Part shown: piece by piece, positions 46,323 through 49,264 of the stretch | Position numbering within the stretch: the stretch's first letter is position 1 | Layout: each line of letters begins with the position of its first letter | DNA from: a virus | Lineage: Duplodnaviria > Caudoviricetes | DNA length: 49,264 nt | Virus record (IMG/VR): IMGVR_UViG_3300010398_000004 | Coordinates: 1-49,264 of that record | Direction: 5' to 3' (one strand) | Program-made: the position numbers and the translations under genes | The notes under the pieces: generated by a model | Told to the model about the DNA's origin: nothing | What the model saw: only the letters and a program-made list of their open reading frames with translations | Database searches by the model: none

Positions 46323-46376
46323 CCTCCCTGACGATGGGCCGGGTGGTCCCCGGCCCGAAACCCGGCGGGTCGGAGG
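46323..46376 (+). ncRNA. Type I hammerhead ribozyme (minimal, with extra U after core A9)
   Basis: CCUCC / CUGACGA-U / GGGCCGGG-uggUc-CCCGGCCC / GAAA / CCC-ggc-GGG-UC / GGAGG; GUC cleavage triplet at 46369-46371. Confidence 0.75.
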
Positions 46377-46381
46377 TAACC

Positions 46382-46750
46382 ATGAACGACGATAAAAATC
46401 AAGTCATCACGCTTGATTCGACCAACGGCAAAGCAGTGCGCTTCAGCGGGCGCTGGCTCGCCAGCGTTGACTCCAAATGGATCAACGGGCAGGAGCAGAA
46501 CCGCTGGACCCACTTGGCAGTATACCGGACGAAGGCTGGCAAGTACGTGCTCTGGATCGAGCACAACACGCAGTGGCAGGGCGAGGAGAGCACGGCCATC
46601 GCGCACGTGTGCGACTCGCCGGAGGCCATCTACAGTGCGCTGCTAGGCGAGGATGACGTAAATCTGGGCAGGCTCGAAACCGAACTGCTGCATGAAGTGC
46701 TCAAAGTCGATCCGGCATTCGAAGCCGTGATCATCGAAGACGTGGAATAA
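46382..46750 (+). CDS. Hypothetical early protein (F.G..LA...RWT.L.VYRT..GKYV family)
   Basis: GGAGGT RBS, which is also ribozyme stem I. Confidence 0.72.
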   Translation: MNDDKNQVITLDSTNGKAVRFSGRWLASVDSKWINGQEQNRWTHLAVYRTKAGKYVLWIEHNTQWQGEESTAIAHVCDSPEAIYSALLGEDDVNLGRLETELLHEVLKVDPAFEAVIIEDVE

Positions 46751-46760
46751 GGAGGCAACC

Positions 46761-46946
46761 ATGACGAAGAAAAGCGCAATCGATGAATTGGTGGATCAGG
46801 CCGAAGCTCTGTGCCGGATCTATGTGGGAAAGAACGCCCCGTCTGAGCCGTGGGTTCAAACCTGTGATCGCCTGGAAGCGCTCGACAAGGTGGTGAAGCG
46901 GGTGCGGCGCAGCCAAAAGAAGCAGTCGCAGGAGGTGGAGGCATGA
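46761..46946 (+). CDS. Hypothetical protein
   Basis: TAAGGAGG RBS. Confidence 0.65.
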   Translation: MTKKSAIDELVDQAEALCRIYVGKNAPSEPWVQTCDRLEALDKVVKRVRRSQKKQSQEVEA

Positions 46947-47206
46947 AATACAGGGTAACGATCAAGGATGGCGGCATCAGCATCCACCACATCATCGAAG
47001 CGGAGAACATTGATGCCGCCTGCACCATGATTGAGGCGCAAATGCGCGAAACCGAATTCCTGACGGCTGGCAATCCGGATTGCGAGCCTCGCGGAGAGTG
47101 GACGGCAATCACGAGCGATGGCTATGCGGAGTGCTCTTTGCGGGGCGAATCGCAGGATGCGCAATCATGGGCTCGCGCGACCATCGTGGAGGTGAAGGCA
47201 TCATGA
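46943..47206 (+). CDS. Hypothetical protein
   Basis: GGAGG RBS, ATGA overlap. Confidence 0.65.
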   Translation: MKYRVTIKDGGISIHHIIEAENIDAACTMIEAQMRETEFLTAGNPDCEPRGEWTAITSDGYAECSLRGESQDAQSWARATIVEVKAS

Positions 47207-47442
47207 GGAACCTGGGAGCACTGAGCGAGATCCTCAGCGCTATTGATGCGCTGGCGGTCAACGCGCACAAGATACGGCAGATCCTGAACGAGCGGCGCGG
47301 ATGGGATGGCCTCCATCCCAGCGAAGCCGGGACTATCGCAATGGAACTGCGCCATGATTTCGAGGACGGCGCGGCAATGGCGCGGCGGCTGGAAGACATG
47401 GCGGATCAGGCGCTGGAGGCGCAATATGGCAGAAAAAGATGA
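47203..47442 (+). CDS. Hypothetical protein
   Basis: GGAGGT RBS, ATGA overlap. Confidence 0.6.
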   Translation: MRNLGALSEILSAIDALAVNAHKIRQILNERRGWDGLHPSEAGTIAMELRHDFEDGAAMARRLEDMADQALEAQYGRKR

Positions 47443-47599
47443 CATTATCGTGATCTCCGACCACATTGAGATCCATCCGACCGGATTGAAGCCGTGGCAT
47501 GCGGTAGTGCGCGACGGTCAGGTCTATGGCACGTACGAAGACCTTCAGTTGGCGCGGTCTGTGGCTGAAGAGCTAGCCGAGAAGGAGGCTCAAGAATGA
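47426..47599 (+). CDS. Hypothetical protein
   Basis: GGAGG RBS. Confidence 0.6.
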   Translation: MAEKDDIIVISDHIEIHPTGLKPWHAVVRDGQVYGTYEDLQLARSVAEELAEKEAQE

Positions 47600-47985
47600 C
47601 GTATACCCGTGCGGTGGACGCGATACGCCGCTGGGTCTGGCATCTGTTGTGGCGGGTGGACAACCACCCGCCCGTTGCCGTTTCAGACCCGGAGGAGCCG
47701 GTTAAGGGAATTGCGGGAATTGAGGAAAACGACATGAAGCAGAACGCGGAATCGGTGACCAGGATCTTACGCGCCGCAGGCCTGCACTGCGGCCACGGTT
47801 TCTCGCGCGAATCCCTGCGCGTGCGCCGGGATCAGACGGGCGTAATCAGCGTGTACGCCTACATGCATGACGATCTGGCGGCTTTCCGTTCGGCCAGCGA
47901 GGCCGCGCGGATACTGCGCGAGGCGGGATATGAGGTGTGGCAGCGGGGCGCGTGGCTGAAAGCGTACCGGGAGGAAGCGCAATGA
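47596..47985 (+). CDS. Hypothetical protein
   Basis: AAGGAGG RBS, ATGA overlap. Confidence 0.6.
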   Translation: MTYTRAVDAIRRWVWHLLWRVDNHPPVAVSDPEEPVKGIAGIEENDMKQNAESVTRILRAAGLHCGHGFSRESLRVRRDQTGVISVYAYMHDDLAAFRSASEAARILREAGYEVWQRGAWLKAYREEAQ

Positions 47986-48335
47986 CCGGCTACACCGACA
48001 GATACTGCCCGTACTGCCGCACATATACGCTGCAACGGCTCGTAGTGCCGCGCCACATGCGGCAGTGCTGCAACTGCGATTGCACGCTGCCGATTCCCCG
48101 GCCAACCTGCGCCGCCCTCAATCGCCAGGGCGAGAAATGCCGTGGCCGGGGCCACTGGCTCTGCCCATGCTGTGCCGCCATTTACTGCTCGACGCACGCT
48201 CCTGCGGGCTCCTGCCGCCAATGCGGGGCCGTTTGCGGGCCTCTGCCGACTGAATGTTCCTGCCAGAGACGGCTGGGCCAGCCGATGTGCGCCTATTGCA
48301 GGCAGGTGGCGCAGAACGTGGAGATGGCGAAATGA
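47982..48335 (+). CDS. Cys-rich multi zinc-finger protein
   Basis: Multiple CxxC pairs; GGAGG RBS. Confidence 0.6.
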   Translation: MTGYTDRYCPYCRTYTLQRLVVPRHMRQCCNCDCTLPIPRPTCAALNRQGEKCRGRGHWLCPCCAAIYCSTHAPAGSCRQCGAVCGPLPTECSCQRRLGQPMCAYCRQVAQNVEMAK

Positions 48336-48508
48336 AACCTGAAATGAGCCTGGAGTTCGCCGGATGGTTTTTCGTCCATGCCATGTACGCCTATCTCGGG
48401 TATTTGGTTCTCCGCAGTGTCTTCACCGTGGCGGAGGACGTGAGCGAGATCAAAAAGGATCTGAAGGAGCTAATAAAATGCCAATCACGACAATCGCTGA
48501 AGCCCTAA
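48332..48508 (+). CDS. Small single-TM membrane protein
   Basis: FAGWFFVHAMYAYLGYLVL hydrophobic segment then coiled coil. Confidence 0.55.
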   Translation: MKPEMSLEFAGWFFVHAMYAYLGYLVLRSVFTVAEDVSEIKKDLKELIKCQSRQSLKP

Positions 48509-48639
48509 TCGAGGCGCTCGAACTGCTGGAGTACATGGGGTACGACGATGGCGGGGACGTGCACGACAACCTGGAAAATGCCCTGTCCCGGCTGCAACAA
48601 CTCTACCCCGAAATCGCCAATTTGGAGGTAGGGAAATGA
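48478..48639 (+). CDS. Small acidic protein
   Basis: AAGGAG RBS. Confidence 0.6.
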   Translation: MPITTIAEALIEALELLEYMGYDDGGDVHDNLENALSRLQQLYPEIANLEVGK

Positions 48640-48854
48640 TGTGCCCTCACTGCCAGAAACCGCTCACTCCCGAAGAGATCCGTTCTCTGTGGGGCAGCTA
48701 CTGCGGAAGCCTCCAGACCCCGCACGCAGGCCCCGGACGTCCCGGCCTTGCAGCCCGCAAAAAGGCAGAGTTGGACAAAATCGCAGCACAGATGCGCAGA
48801 CGATACAAGGCAAAACCCAAGAAAACCCAAACAAACCCGAAGAAACCCAAATGA
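48636..48854 (+). CDS. Small basic CxxC protein (candidate DNA-binding regulator)
   Basis: CPHC...AGPGRP...Lys-rich tail; GGAGGT RBS. Confidence 0.6.
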   Translation: MMCPHCQKPLTPEEIRSLWGSYCGSLQTPHAGPGRPGLAARKKAELDKIAAQMRRRYKAKPKKTQTNPKKPK

Positions 48855-48859
48855 ATCTA

Positions 48860-48894
48860 TTGCATGGAAACCGCATGTGGTTTATGATCAAGAT
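48860..48894 (+). promoter_or_regulatory. sigma70-type early promoter with operator; leaderless start
   Basis: TTGCAT-N17(CCGCATGTGG)-TATGAT-N6-ATG. Confidence 0.82.
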
Positions 48895-49209
48895 ATGCAA
48901 CTGAGCGTTCAAGGCTACGGGCGGGTGGGATCATACGCCACGGCCACAGACAAAACGCAGGAAGCACTAAGACGGACCGGAGTTGCCGCAGTTAGAGTGA
49001 GCCTCGGCGATGGGTACGCTTGGGAGTCATTAACAGACCATCACGTATACCGCTATAACGACGAAACCGGGCTGGAAGATCTTGGGCCAATTTATCCGAC
49101 ACGGGACGAAATGAATCAGGCGATGAAAAGGGGGGCTGGGGTGAAAGACATTACCGCAGCTATCAACCGGGTGAATGAAGCCATGACGTGCAAGACGGAG
49201 CAAAAGTAA
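48895..49209 (+). CDS. Hypothetical early protein
   Basis: ORF 48748..49209 trimmed to ATG at predicted +1. Confidence 0.65.
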   Translation: MQLSVQGYGRVGSYATATDKTQEALRRTGVAAVRVSLGDGYAWESLTDHHVYRYNDETGLEDLGPIYPTRDEMNQAMKRGAGVKDITAAINRVNEAMTCKTEQK

Positions 49210-49264
49210 ACGAACCTGACAGGCAAGAGGTAACAGACATGAGATACGTAATTCAACAGCGTCA
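49142..49264. repeat. Terminal direct repeat, identical to 1-123
   Basis: Exact sequence identity. Confidence 0.97.

Overview
The window is a complete, circularly assembled temperate tailed-phage genome of about 49,141 bp (bases 1-123 are repeated exactly at 49142-49264). Gene order is podovirus-like (P22/Sf6 style): TerS, a sigma factor, TerL, portal, scaffold, HK97-fold major capsid, fibre/adhesin genes, three adaptor paralogues, tail nozzle, GNAT and three ejection proteins (1.3-37 kb). These are followed by a ribbon-helix-helix immunity region, Xis/tyrosine integrase/attP, Bet, RusA, a replication initiator with iterons, and many small early genes (37-49 kb and 0.46-1.1 kb). The host is probably an Acidobacteriota (Bryobacteraceae-like) member; this is inferred from the PEP-CTERM protein, the integrase N-terminus and the AxA|Q signal peptides, not from a search. 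Most notable: (1) a phage-encoded FliA/WhiG (sigma28)-type sigma factor lacking region 3, with five matching TAAG-N16-GGCGATAA promoters in front of the virion operons; (2) tail-fibre/adhesin genes whose products carry Sec-type signal peptides and even numbers of cysteines, suggesting periplasmic folding of virion parts; (3) a type I hammerhead ribozyme whose stem I is the Shine-Dalgarno of the next gene; (4) an antisense operon of unannotated Trp-rich micro-peptides; (5) a palindromic CCRCATGTRG operator inside sigma70 promoters that mostly drive leaderless early mRNAs; (6) a dif-like site, a PEP-CTERM moron, and an ejection protein with a HhH glycosylase-like domain. No endolysin, tRNA, CRISPR array or reverse transcriptase was recognised. 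All family calls come from motif recognition by eye.
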